This document shows positions 10,262-22,100 of a stretch of 64,000 bases of DNA, piece by piece. The translations under genes were made by a program, and so were the position numbers. The DNA comes from Deltaproteobacteria bacterium (lineage in GTDB: Bacteria > Desulfobacterota_D > UBA1144 > Nemesobacterales > CSP1-2), in the NCBI GenBank assembly GCA_052390235.1, contig JBQTHB010000005.1, positions 224,001 through 288,000 on the forward strand, given 5' to 3'. How positions within the stretch are numbered: the first letter of the stretch is position 1; every line of letters starts with the position of its first letter. The notes below the pieces were generated by a model, which saw only the letters and a program-made list of their open reading frames with translations, was not told where the DNA came from and did not search any database.

Positions 10262-10321
10262 TGCGCGCCGCCTGTTAAAACCTCTATCGGCTAGGGACAA
10301 TCTCATTGGAGAGGGGAAATC

Positions 10322-12790
<2,469 letters not shown>

Positions 12791-13043
12791 CTACCTCCAA
12801 TGTGTTTAGACGCGACTTAGTGAATAGTACCATGAACAGGGGGGTAATCAATAAAAACGAGGAATCGGAAGCGCCGTCTGAACATCGAAAATTTCAAATT
12901 TTTCAGGAACTTATACCGCGCCGAACGTAGCCCCGTCAACACCGATGAGGGCGCGTGCATAGAAGCCATTGACGGGGGAGTGGGCAGGAGATTGCCGCGA
13001 AATCGCTATGGCAAAAAATTTTCGTCTGAGTTAAAATTAGCGT

Positions 13044-13970
13044 GTGAACGATAAGAAAATCGAAGCACTTCTGGAGAGAATTGCCGCCGCGCTTGAGCGT
13101 ATGGCGGGAATACAGGGCATCACGCAAGTTCCGCGCGACATACAGGCAAATCATCTCCCTCAAGAAGAGCAAAACCCCGGGGACACTCCTCTCCCGGCAC
13201 CGAGCGAGAGCGGATTGCTAGAGGCATTCCTCGCATCAAAGGGAATTACAATTAAAGCCCTCCCGCCGGAGGACGCGGCTGACCAAGTGATTGACAGCCT
13301 CTCGATGTTCCTAGGGGAGCGCTACGATGCCCTCTCGGAGCTACTTGCCAAAATTAAGCGGGGGATGCAGACGGGAACATCCATAACGCTAAGCCTCAAG
13401 GATTATAGCCAGCAGGACGTAAGCTCAGTGTGCCAGTTCTGCACGCGGATTCACGAAATAGCGTTTCTTGAGCAGTATAGGTACTTTCGCTCCCCCGAAT
13501 TTCTTATACGAGCGAAAACCACGACCCTGCCCAAAGCCCAGAGATTCTTCGGCGGGCAGTGGCTCGAGAGATTCATACTTCAGAAAATAAAATACGTACA
13601 CACCCAAATACTATCCGAGGTTGGGAAGCCCATAAATTTTGAGTTTCTCATAAATCCCCAGATAGTGCTTCCGAACGGGAACGATTTCGAGTTAGACGTT
13701 TTAGTCGCCATGGGTAGCGCGATTTATTGGGTGGAGGCAAAATCCGGGGATTACCAGCAGCACACAAGCAAGTATTCAAAGTTCGCCCGCACCCTTGGGC
13801 TAGACGCCGACCACTCGATAATGGCTCTTACCGACGCCGCTGATAGCAACTGCGAGGCGCTATCGGCGCTATTTTCAATGACCGTGTGCAATTTGAAATC
13901 GTTCAAGGAGAACTTCCTCGCCATAGCCCGAAGCGACCATGCCGATGTTGCAGGGATGCAGGAGCCGTAG
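13044..13970 (+). CDS. Stand-alone PD-(D/E)XK nuclease with Card1/DUF1887-like C-terminal domain
   Basis: FFGGQWLE...ELDV...VEAKSG pattern; no recognisable CARF domain. Confidence 0.65.
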   Translation: MNDKKIEALLERIAAALERMAGIQGITQVPRDIQANHLPQEEQNPGDTPLPAPSESGLLEAFLASKGITIKALPPEDAADQVIDSLSMFLGERYDALSELLAKIKRGMQTGTSITLSLKDYSQQDVSSVCQFCTRIHEIAFLEQYRYFRSPEFLIRAKTTTLPKAQRFFGGQWLERFILQKIKYVHTQILSEVGKPINFEFLINPQIVLPNGNDFELDVLVAMGSAIYWVEAKSGDYQQHTSKYSKFARTLGLDADHSIMALTDAADSNCEALSALFSMTVCNLKSFKENFLAIARSDHADVAGMQEP

Positions 13971-14029
13971 GAGGGGGAGTGAGTCCGGCGGCCGGATTTG
14001 CGCAAAGCCGCGCTCGCTTCCACACTGTC

Positions 14030-14584
14030 TCAGACCCTCGGAGGGGTGATTCCCACCTGTTTTTGATATTTCCCCTTCTTATCGGCGTAGGATACCTCGC
14101 AAACTCCGTCGCCCTCAAAGAAGAGCACCTGAGCGATTCCCTCGTTGGCGTAAATCTTCGCGGGCAGCGGAGTGGTATTCGAGATTTCAAGCGTTACAAA
14201 CCCCTCCCACTCCGGCTCAAAAGGCGTTACATTCACGATAATTCCGCATCGGGCGTAAGTGGATTTCCCCACGCAGAGGGTGATAACGGTTCGGGGAATC
14301 CTGAAATATTCAACCGTCCTCGCCAGCGCAAAAGAATTCGGGGGAATTATGCACACATCAGATTTAATTTCGACAAACGACTTATCGTTGAACGCCTTGG
14401 GGTCAACCACAGTGTTATAGACGTTCGTGAACACCTTGAACTCATCCGAGACCCTGATGTCGTAGCCATAGGCCGAGAGTCCGTAGGAAATCGCCCCGGC
14501 AGACACCTGCCCATCCACATACGGTTCTATCATGCCCTGCTCCCGCGCCATTTTTCTAATCCAATAATCTGGTTTCACGCCCAT
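14030..14584 (-). CDS. dcd: dCTP deaminase
   Basis: [26 protein letters not shown] and KYQ motifs. Confidence 0.97.
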   Translation of the reverse strand: MGVKPDYWIRKMAREQGMIEPYVDGQVSAGAISYGLSAYGYDIRVSDEFKVFTNVYNTVVDPKAFNDKSFVEIKSDVCIIPPNSFALARTVEYFRIPRTVITLCVGKSTYARCGIIVNVTPFEPEWEGFVTLEISNTTPLPAKIYANEGIAQVLFFEGDGVCEVSYADKKGKYQKQVGITPPRV

Positions 14585-14694
14585 TATCGCCTCTGTCCTC
14601 CAATTTGAAAGTTAGCCGCAAATCTATACAACCCCCCCCCTCGCCGAGCCTTGAAACTAGCCATAGCGCAAAAGCCGCCACAAACCCGCGAAGC

Positions 14695-14988
14695 TCATAC
14701 TTCTTTAATCAACTCTCTGATTAAATCCTTTAGCCGCTCCGGCGATTTAGTTACCACGAACACCTCCTGAATTGACGAGCCGCTCCGCCCGATGAGCTTT
14801 GCGCCGCTTACGGTGCTGTACTGATATTTCACAATTAAATTCTCGCCCGTCGCGCTCCCGACCTTTATCTCTCCCGGAATTATACCCTCGACGAAATCCT
14901 GCTCGGACACCTTTTCGAGAAAATTCCGCAAGCCCTTGATGATGCTGTGCTGGCGTTTTATCTTGTGTTTTCTGTGCTTCATACCCAT
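14695..14988 (-). CDS. DUF2103-like small protein
   Basis: HSIIKGL...IIPGEI...GAKL...IQEVFVVT pattern. Confidence 0.7.
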   Translation of the reverse strand: MGMKHRKHKIKRQHSIIKGLRNFLEKVSEQDFVEGIIPGEIKVGSATGENLIVKYQYSTVSGAKLIGRSGSSIQEVFVVTKSPERLKDLIRELIKEV

Positions 14989-15041
14989 GGCATAATCACC
15001 GCCGACTGCGCTTGCTCAGGACAGAGGGGTTTATAGTCGCT

Positions 15042-15581
15042 CTACCTCGTCCATTTTATGGTGCATCCAATGGCGTATGTTTCGGGATTAGCTATCTGTC
15101 GGCCCTCAATAAGGGCAAGGATGGCGTCGCGCAGATACCGCTCTTTGACCTTTTCCGGCTCGCGCCAGTTGTCGTCAATTTTTCCCGTGTAGCGGAGACG
15201 GCTCCGGGAGTCAAGCAAGAACACCTGCGGCGTGTGAGACGCTCCGAAAGCGCGGGCGACTTGCTGGGATTTATCCCTCAAATATGGGAAATTATAGCCC
15301 TTCGCCCCTGCCCTTTTAATCATGCTCTCGAAACTGTCCTCGGGGTAGTTCTTATCGTCATTGGAATTGATGCCGACAAACGTGAATCCCAGCGCCGCGA
15401 ATTCCTCCTGAAGAGCGATGACTCTCTGCTCGTAAGCCTGAACGTAGGGGCAGTGATTGCAGGTAAACATCACCGCCACAGCCTTTTTATCGCTTAAGTC
15501 CGAAAGACCAAGATCCGTGCCATCAACTCCGGGGAGCTTGAATTCCGGGGCTTTGTCGCCGATTTTAATCTCTTCGCCCAT
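15042..15581 (-). CDS. Thioredoxin-family (AhpC/TSA-like) protein
   Basis: CNHCPYV, HTP, YTGKIDD and AIGCTIKW. Confidence 0.92.
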   Translation of the reverse strand: MGEEIKIGDKAPEFKLPGVDGTDLGLSDLSDKKAVAVMFTCNHCPYVQAYEQRVIALQEEFAALGFTFVGINSNDDKNYPEDSFESMIKRAGAKGYNFPYLRDKSQQVARAFGASHTPQVFLLDSRSRLRYTGKIDDNWREPEKVKERYLRDAILALIEGRQIANPETYAIGCTIKWTR

Positions 15582-15690
15582 TTATTTTCCCTCCTACACC
15601 GCAAATTTTACCCTAACTCGCAGGGCTGCGCGTTTATCGGGGGAAGCGGCTCAGTCCCCACCCAGATGCGAAGTCCAGAAATTATACGCG

Positions 15691-17856
15691 CTAAAGCCTC
15701 TTTAAGCCGAGAAATGTGGCGACAATTTTTTTCTCGCCGTAATTCGGGAACGCAATAACGAGCTTCGCATCCCCGCCCGCGCCCTCGATTCTCTTTACAA
15801 CCCCCTGCCCGAACGAGGGATGAGATACCCTCTCGCCTGCGGAGAAACCATCGTCGCTGAAATTTTCCACTCGGCTGCTTGCGCGCGCCGATGAATCTCT
15901 TAGCGAATATGGGCGTTGGGCGGAGGTGGCCGCCTGAAAGCTCGTCCACCGCAGGAGATTTCTCGGAATTTCGCTTATAAAACGCGACGGAACCGGGGTT
16001 TTCTCAATTCCGAAGAACCTCCTCTTCGACGCGCTGATGAGATGGAGCTTTTCCTTAGCCCTCGTGATGCCTACGTAGCAGAGCCTCCTCTCCTCCTCAA
16101 TGAGCTTGCCGCTCTGAAGCGACCTCTCGTGGGGGAAGAGCTTTTCCTCAACGCCGATGATAAACACCACGGGAAATTCCAGCCCCTTGGATGAGTGGAC
16201 GGTCATTAGGGTTACCTGGTCGGCGCGGTCGTTGAAGCCGTCCACATCGCTCGCAAGGGTAACGGAGTCGAGAAAATCGTGGAGAGAGCGGCGCTGTTCA
16301 CTATTGTCCTTCTCGAATTCTGCGGTGAGGTTTAATATCTCGCCCAAATTGTCGAGTCTCTCAGGTTCGCCCTCAAGCATCGTGAGATATCCCGTCATTC
16401 TAAGCGCTTCGCCCAGAAGCTCTGCGATTGAAACTCGCTTCGAGAGGTCAATAAGCCCCGACAGGAGAACATGGAATTTAGCGATGCCGCCCAGGGTTTT
16501 CTTAGGAAAAACCGCGTTTTCAACGGCAAATCCGATGGCGTCGAAAAGGGACGTGCCGCGCGCGCGCGCGATGCTGTCGAGGGCGTCAACCGTCGCCCTG
16601 CCTATTCCCCTTGGCGGGGTGTTGATGATGCGCTTTAGGCTGATGTCGTCGAGCTGGTTGGTTATGAATCTGAGATACGCCATGATGTCTCGAATCTCGG
16701 CGCGATCGTAAAAGCCGACCCCGCCGACTAGGGCATAGGGGATTTGGGAGCGCAGGAGTTGCTCTTCGATGAGCCTCGACTGATTGTTCGTGCGGTAGAA
16801 CACGGCAAAATCCCTGTACGCGCGCCCTGAGGCGGCTCTGTCGGACTGAATTTGTCCGGCTACGTAGCGGGCTTCGTCCCTTTCATCATACGCCTCGTAG
16901 TAGGAGATGAGGTCCCCTTCGGGGTTGTCGGTCCAGAGGGTTTTATCGCGTCTGAGCCTGTTTCTGAGAATCAGGGCGCCTGCCGCTTTTAGAATATTGC
17001 CGGTTGACCTGTAGTTTTGCTCCAATTTGATTATTGCCGCGTCCGGGAAATCGCGCTCGAAGCCCAGGATATTGGATATATCTGCCCCGCGCCATCCGTA
17101 GATTGATTGGTTATCGTCGCCCACTACGAGGATGTTTCTGTGTTTCTGCGAGAGGAGTTTTACGATTTTGTATTGGAGGCTATTGGTATCCTGATATTCG
17201 TCCACGAGAATGTGGCGGAACTGCTCGCGGTATTTTTCAAGCACATCCGGGAGTTTTTCGAGAATCAGCGCCGTAAATCGGAGCAGGTCGGCGAAATCGA
17301 GGGCGTTTGAGCGGCGGAGTTCCTGCTCGTAGAGGTAGTATATTTTCGAGATTTTTTCGTCCAGAGATAAATCATCGGCAGCATCGCCTGGGGCAAGTCC
17401 CCTGCTTTTAGCCGAATCTATCTGGGAGCGCGCCGAGCGCGGGTCAAAGAGCTGGTCGCCAAAGCCGAGCCGCCCCATGCACTCGCGGATGAGCTTTAGC
17501 TGGTCCCCCTCGTCGTAAATGACAAAATCGCTCCTAAAACCCTCCAGCTTGTCGATTTCCCTCTTGAGAATCCTAAGGGAGATGGAGTGAAAAGTGCCTA
17601 TCCATAAATTCCGCGCGCTGTCGCCAACGAGGCTATGGATTCGCTCTTTCATCTCATTTGCGGCTTTATTTGTAAACGTAACGGCTAGGATGTTAAAGGG
17701 TTTCTCGCCGCGCTCGCAGATGAGGTGAGCGATTCTGCGCGTGATGATTCGGGTTTTACCCGAGCCTGCGCCGGCGAGTACGAGTACCGGCCCTGAGGGA
17801 TGCAGGACGGCCTCGGATTGAGAGGGATTAAGCTCGGCGATAATTTTCGACTGCAT
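15691..17856 (-). CDS. uvrD: ATP-dependent DNA helicase UvrD/PcrA
   Basis: AGAGSGKT, DEYQDTN, QNYRS, EERRLCYV and a C-terminal Tudor-like domain (HPSFGQG). Confidence 0.95.
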   Translation of the reverse strand: MQSKIIAELNPSQSEAVLHPSGPVLVLAGAGSGKTRIITRRIAHLICERGEKPFNILAVTFTNKAANEMKERIHSLVGDSARNLWIGTFHSISLRILKREIDKLEGFRSDFVIYDEGDQLKLIRECMGRLGFGDQLFDPRSARSQIDSAKSRGLAPGDAADDLSLDEKISKIYYLYEQELRRSNALDFADLLRFTALILEKLPDVLEKYREQFRHILVDEYQDTNSLQYKIVKLLSQKHRNILVVGDDNQSIYGWRGADISNILGFERDFPDAAIIKLEQNYRSTGNILKAAGALILRNRLRRDKTLWTDNPEGDLISYYEAYDERDEARYVAGQIQSDRAASGRAYRDFAVFYRTNNQSRLIEEQLLRSQIPYALVGGVGFYDRAEIRDIMAYLRFITNQLDDISLKRIINTPPRGIGRATVDALDSIARARGTSLFDAIGFAVENAVFPKKTLGGIAKFHVLLSGLIDLSKRVSIAELLGEALRMTGYLTMLEGEPERLDNLGEILNLTAEFEKDNSEQRRSLHDFLDSVTLASDVDGFNDRADQVTLMTVHSSKGLEFPVVFIIGVEEKLFPHERSLQSGKLIEEERRLCYVGITRAKEKLHLISASKRRFFGIEKTPVPSRFISEIPRNLLRWTSFQAATSAQRPYSLRDSSARASSRVENFSDDGFSAGERVSHPSFGQGVVKRIEGAGGDAKLVIAFPNYGEKKIVATFLGLKRL

Positions 17857-18224
17857 CTATCTCTCTGTCGTCCTCCTCAAAGAGGTAACAACGGGCGCGG
17901 CACGGGAATTGAGCAATATTTTCAAACGGTTAGCGGAGAGACGGCTGATGAAAATCATCATTGTAGCCGCCTGTGTCTTCTGAGGATAAAAACGGTGCAA
18001 AGGGGCCTCAGGACGACTATATATAATATTTCATATATGTCAATATTGGGCGCATTAGATACGCGCCGTAAGAGGCGGGATTTACATGAATTTTGAGTGG
18101 TAACGGGGCAAATTTTATGTTGCGGCAGGGGTTGCAAAGAGGCGTGGGAGGAGTGTATAATTGGGATAGTGGGTGAGGCTTAATAAACTATAACTTACTG
18201 AAATTATTGGATTATTATATTTAC

Positions 18225-18254
18225 TTGACAATATCTCTCCTAATCTGTTAGGAT
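18225..18254 (+). promoter_or_regulatory. Putative sigma70 promoter of dnaA
   Basis: TTGACA (18225-30), 18 nt, TAGGAT (18249-54) with an extended TG. Confidence 0.6.
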
Positions 18255-18308
18255 TTAAAAACACAAAACCGAGAGAGACGGGCATATCCCCACTAAGTAG
18301 TTTGTAAG

Positions 18309-18351
18309 TTATCCACACCCTGTTGACAACCTGTGGAAAAGCTGTTGATTG
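18309..18351. promoter_or_regulatory. DnaA boxes in the dnaA leader (autoregulation or upstream half of a bipartite origin)
   Basis: TTATCCACA 18309-17; TGTTGACAA 18321-29; TGTGGAAAA 18332-40; TGTTGATTG 18343-51. Confidence 0.8.
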
Positions 18352-18372
18352 TTTTGCCGATGCGGAGGAATT

Positions 18373-19926
18373 TTGGCTAAGCGAGTAACCCTTGGGCGGA
18401 ATCTTAAATCCCTTTTTTCAGACAACCGAGACGCCGCAAACGGGGGCATTGACGCGTTCATAAAACCCCAAGCCCCTCCGCCAACTCCCGCCGCCGCTCT
18501 GCCTCTGCAGATGCCCGCGAAGAGGACGCAAGGGCCTAAAATCGTTTGGGAAGCCGTGCTGGAGAATATAAAGAGAAAATCCAACCCGCAGGTTTTTTTC
18601 TGGTTCGCGCCGCTTAAGCTCGTATCTCAAAGCGAGGACGCAGTAGTTCTCAAAGCCAACAGCCAATTTGACAGAGATTGGATTACCAGCCACTATCTGG
18701 ATTTCATTAGCCAGACCATAGAGGAAGTGCATGGCAGACGCTATGAGATTAAATTCACAGTGGAAGAGGAGTACTCGCAGGACAGAGGGCGCATCCTCCG
18801 CGCTGAAGAAGAGGATGAAGGGGATGAGGATACCGATGATTCCAGCGAATCGCTCAATGGGAAACCAAGAGAGGGTTTATTCTCGGGATTTCTCAACCCC
18901 AAATATACGTTTGAGAACTTCATCGTAGGCTCAAGCAACCAATTCGCCCATGCCGCCTGCGTCGCAGTAGCCAAGAAGCCGGGCGAGCATTACAACCCTA
19001 TTTTCATACATGGGGGCGTGGGGCTTGGAAAAACGCATCTCATCAGCGCTGTCGGAAACTACATACTCAAAAAAACCTCGAGCATCGCGCGCGTCGCCTG
19101 CATCTCGGCCGAGAGCTTTACCAACCAAGTTATCAACAGCATAAAATCCAATAAAATGGAAGAATTCAGAAATCGCTACAGATTCGGCTGCGACGTGCTT
19201 CTGATTGACGACATCCAGTTCATAGCCGGCAAAGAGAGCACTCAAGAGGAGTTCTTCCATACGTTTAACACCCTCTACGAATCCAAAAAACAGATAATCA
19301 TCACAAGCGACAAGCCCCCAAGAGATATGACCTACCTTGAAGAGAGGCTGAAATCCAGATTTGAATGGGGACTCATCACAGATATTCAGCCCCCGGAGAT
19401 GGAAACAAAGGTCGCAATACTCAAGAAAAAAGCTGAATCCGAGGTAGTATCTATTCCGAACGAGGTGGCGATGTTCATAGCCCAGAACGTAACCTCAAAC
19501 ATAAGGGAACTCGAGGGGGCGCTAGTAAACATCATCGGCTACGGGAAACTACTCAAAACCGATATTACGGTGGAGCTTGCTAGAGAAGCCCTCAAGAACA
19601 TAGTCAAAGAACCGGGGAAAAAAGTGCTGAGCATTGAGTCCATCCAAAGAGAGGTTTCAAGCTTCTTTGGACTGCGGGTGCAGGAGCTAAAATCCGAGAG
19701 AAAGCAGAAAAATATCGCCATTCCAAGGCAGATATGTATGTATCTGACAAGGAAGTACACGGGGGCTTCATTCCCTGAAATAGGGGAAAAATTCGGAGGC
19801 AAGGACCACTCGACCGTCATACACGCCGTAAAGAGGGTAGAGGGGATGATAGCCATGGACTCCACACTCAGAAGCACGATAGAAGCCGTATCGAGAAAGA
19901 TTGAAGCCCTGAGGGGGAGTGGATAG
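18373..19926 (+). CDS. dnaA: Chromosomal replication initiator DnaA
   Basis: YTFENF, GGVGLGKTHL, LLIDDIQF, SRFEWGL, NIRELEG and GGKDHSTV; start placed at TTG 18373 after GGAGG. Confidence 0.98.
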   Translation: MAKRVTLGRNLKSLFSDNRDAANGGIDAFIKPQAPPPTPAAALPLQMPAKRTQGPKIVWEAVLENIKRKSNPQVFFWFAPLKLVSQSEDAVVLKANSQFDRDWITSHYLDFISQTIEEVHGRRYEIKFTVEEEYSQDRGRILRAEEEDEGDEDTDDSSESLNGKPREGLFSGFLNPKYTFENFIVGSSNQFAHAACVAVAKKPGEHYNPIFIHGGVGLGKTHLISAVGNYILKKTSSIARVACISAESFTNQVINSIKSNKMEEFRNRYRFGCDVLLIDDIQFIAGKESTQEEFFHTFNTLYESKKQIIITSDKPPRDMTYLEERLKSRFEWGLITDIQPPEMETKVAILKKKAESEVVSIPNEVAMFIAQNVTSNIRELEGALVNIIGYGKLLKTDITVELAREALKNIVKEPGKKVLSIESIQREVSSFFGLRVQELKSERKQKNIAIPRQICMYLTRKYTGASFPEIGEKFGGKDHSTVIHAVKRVEGMIAMDSTLRSTIEAVSRKIEALRGSG

Positions 19927-20150
19927 GCTGTGGATAGGGCTGTGGATAGGGCTGTGGATAGGCTGTGGATGAATTTGTGGATAAGTCCGAGGGGCGATTG
20001 GCTGTGGATGAATTGTGGATAGATGGGGAATTGTATCAACAGGATATCAACAGAAAAAAGTGAATAATATCAGTTAATTAGGTTAGTTATCAACAATTTC
20101 ACACCCCCTACTACTACTATTACTATTTATATATAATATATTTCTATTTA
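19918..20150. other. Replication origin oriC (dnaA-dnaN intergenic region)
   Basis: About 12 DnaA boxes; IHF-like TATCAGTTAATTA 20068-80; TTATCAACA/AATTTCACA then CCCCC (20104-08), DnaA-trios TACTACTACTATTACTAT (20109-26) and an AT-rich stretch. Confidence 0.93.
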
Positions 20151-20163
20151 GGAGTAGAAGACA

Positions 20164-21264
20164 ATGAGATTCAGTGCCGACGCCTTAACCCTCTCCGAGA
20201 AGCTAGCCCTACTGCAGGGAATTTCCGAGAGAAAAACCACGATACCCATACTTACGCACGTGCTTCTGTCCGCTTCAAACAACGCCGTGCAGCTCTCAGC
20301 CACAGACCTTGAGACCACAATGATTGTCTCTTTCCAGGCGGCTGTATCCAAAAACGGCTCTCTCGCCATTCCCTCCCGCAAGCTCTATGAAATAGTCAAA
20401 GAGCTTCCCCAAGGCGAAATAGAAATAGAGGAAATAGGCAACCACTGGATTCAACTTAAAACCCCATCGGCTACGTTTAAAATCGCAGGACTCCCCGGAG
20501 AGGATTTCCCGGCTATCCCAGAGGTATCATCCGAAGCCACATTCTCGATAGAAAGCTCCCCCATTGACGATATGATAGCGAAAACCATATTTGCCGTCTC
20601 CCAGGATGAAATCAGACGAAATATCGTAGGGATCTATTTCGAGAAAATTGGGAAGCAATCCCTTAGACTCGTGGCTACGGACGGGCATCGCCTCTCCCTA
20701 GTGGACAGAAATATGAAATTCGACATTGACCTCGGGCGCAGTTTTATCCTCCCCAAAAAGGGCATCGCCGAGATTCGGAAAATGGTGAAACTCTCGGATA
20801 CTCTTAAAATTGGGTGCGGTAAAAACTTCTTCACCGCCGAAGGGGATGGAATTATTTTAATCGTAAGGCTGATTGACGCCGAATTTCCCGATTATAAGCA
20901 GGTAATACCGGAGGTTACTAAAAACACATTCGGCGTAAAAAAAACCGATTTCCTAAGCGCGCTGAGGAGGGTGTCCGTGCTTTCGGCGGAGAAAACCAGG
21001 AGCGTTAAGATTTTCGTGAATGGAAGCAATATGACTCTCGTCTCGGTTAACCCGGAAGTGGGGGACGCCAAAGAGACAGTACCTCTCGATTTCGGCGGAG
21101 AACCCTTGGAACTCGGTTTCAACGCCAGCTATCTGATGGACGTGCTTCAGGCGATGGGGGGGGAGTCAATTCAAATAGGCATAACGGACGAGCTTAGCCC
21201 GGCGGTGATTAAACCCGTGGGCGAAGAGGTCTATATCTCGGTAATTATGCCTATGCGCGTGTGA
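20164..21264 (+). CDS. dnaN: DNA polymerase III beta sliding clamp
   Basis: ATDLE, VATDGHRL, FPDY and C-terminal IMPMRV. Confidence 0.97.
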   Translation: MRFSADALTLSEKLALLQGISERKTTIPILTHVLLSASNNAVQLSATDLETTMIVSFQAAVSKNGSLAIPSRKLYEIVKELPQGEIEIEEIGNHWIQLKTPSATFKIAGLPGEDFPAIPEVSSEATFSIESSPIDDMIAKTIFAVSQDEIRRNIVGIYFEKIGKQSLRLVATDGHRLSLVDRNMKFDIDLGRSFILPKKGIAEIRKMVKLSDTLKIGCGKNFFTAEGDGIILIVRLIDAEFPDYKQVIPEVTKNTFGVKKTDFLSALRRVSVLSAEKTRSVKIFVNGSNMTLVSVNPEVGDAKETVPLDFGGEPLELGFNASYLMDVLQAMGGESIQIGITDELSPAVIKPVGEEVYISVIMPMRV

Positions 21265-21325
21265 TTTCGCTTGCACATCCCCCTACTCTCGCTGCAGGGC
21301 GCAAAATTCCAAGCCAGTACATCAA

Positions 21326-22033
21326 ATGCTCGAGCTTATATTTCCCAGAATCTGCCCCTTTTGCGACTCCCCATCGGAAGGGGAGATTCTATGCGCCGCG
21401 TGCTTATCCGGCGTGCGTTTCATATCAGATTATAGCGCTTGCCAGCGATGCGGAGCGCCGTTTCTATCCGAGGACGATACCGGCGGAGACGACGCCCTCT
21501 GCCGCAGATGCCGCGCAGGGGATTTTCTCTTCCATAAAGCCCGTTCCATCGCTTTTTACGACTGCATACTAAAAGACGTTCTTCATGCTTTTAAATACGA
21601 GGGAAAATTGAATTTATCCGGGCTCATCGCCTCGGTTATGACCGAGAATTTTCCATCCGATTTCGAGCGCGTGGATGTTGTCGTGCCGGTGCCGCTTCAC
21701 AGGAACAAGCTACGAGCCAGAGAGTACAACCAATGCGCCGTCTTGGGTAGGAGGATTGCGGATTTTCTCGGAGCGACGATAGAGCTTTTTGCCCTTGTCA
21801 AAATCGCTGACACCTCCCCTCAGGTTGAGATGAAAAGCGATTCCCAGAGACGCCGAAACGTAAGCGGGGCATATTCGGTTAAGAGCCCCAGGGGAATACA
21901 GAAAAAGTCCGCGCTTTTAATTGACGATGTGTTCACCACTGGCTCTACGGCGAACGAGTGCGCCCGCGCCCTGCTCGATGCCGGAGCGGCTTCGGTGCAG
22001 GTTTTAACCCTTCTGCGGTCGGTTAAAATTTGA
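21326..22033 (+). CDS. comF: ComF family competence protein (double zinc ribbon + PRTase)
   Basis: Four CxxC pairs; VPVPLH, REYNQ and LIDDVFTTGST. Confidence 0.92.
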   Translation: MLELIFPRICPFCDSPSEGEILCAACLSGVRFISDYSACQRCGAPFLSEDDTGGDDALCRRCRAGDFLFHKARSIAFYDCILKDVLHAFKYEGKLNLSGLIASVMTENFPSDFERVDVVVPVPLHRNKLRAREYNQCAVLGRRIADFLGATIELFALVKIADTSPQVEMKSDSQRRRNVSGAYSVKSPRGIQKKSALLIDDVFTTGSTANECARALLDAGAASVQVLTLLRSVKI

Positions 22034-22034
22034 T

Positions 22035-22063
22035 TTGACTTTAAAATTTGGATGCTATAGGAT
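22035..22063 (+). promoter_or_regulatory. Putative sigma70 promoter of gspLMN
   Basis: TTGACT, 17 nt, TAGGAT. Confidence 0.5.
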
Positions 22064-22100
22064 TTATATAGCCAACAATTAAGTTGCCCACTTAAAAAAA

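Noticed and set aside
14632..14640. C9 tract upstream of dcd (also the G-run near 40213 and A9 at 60742-50) as phase-variation switches
   Set aside because: The tracts are short and lie next to housekeeping-type genes with intact frames; there is no evidence of slippage.
17857..18220. rpmH or a small RNA upstream of dnaA
   Set aside because: No MKRT-type L34 ORF and no recognisable RNA motif found; ORFs 17800-18096 and 18115-18318 look spurious.
19918..19984. Short tandem repeats as a CRISPR array or coding repeat (ORF 19539-20039 with LSTA repeats)
   Set aside because: The units are 11-12-bp DnaA boxes with no spacers; the antisense ORF is a by-product of oriC and dnaA.
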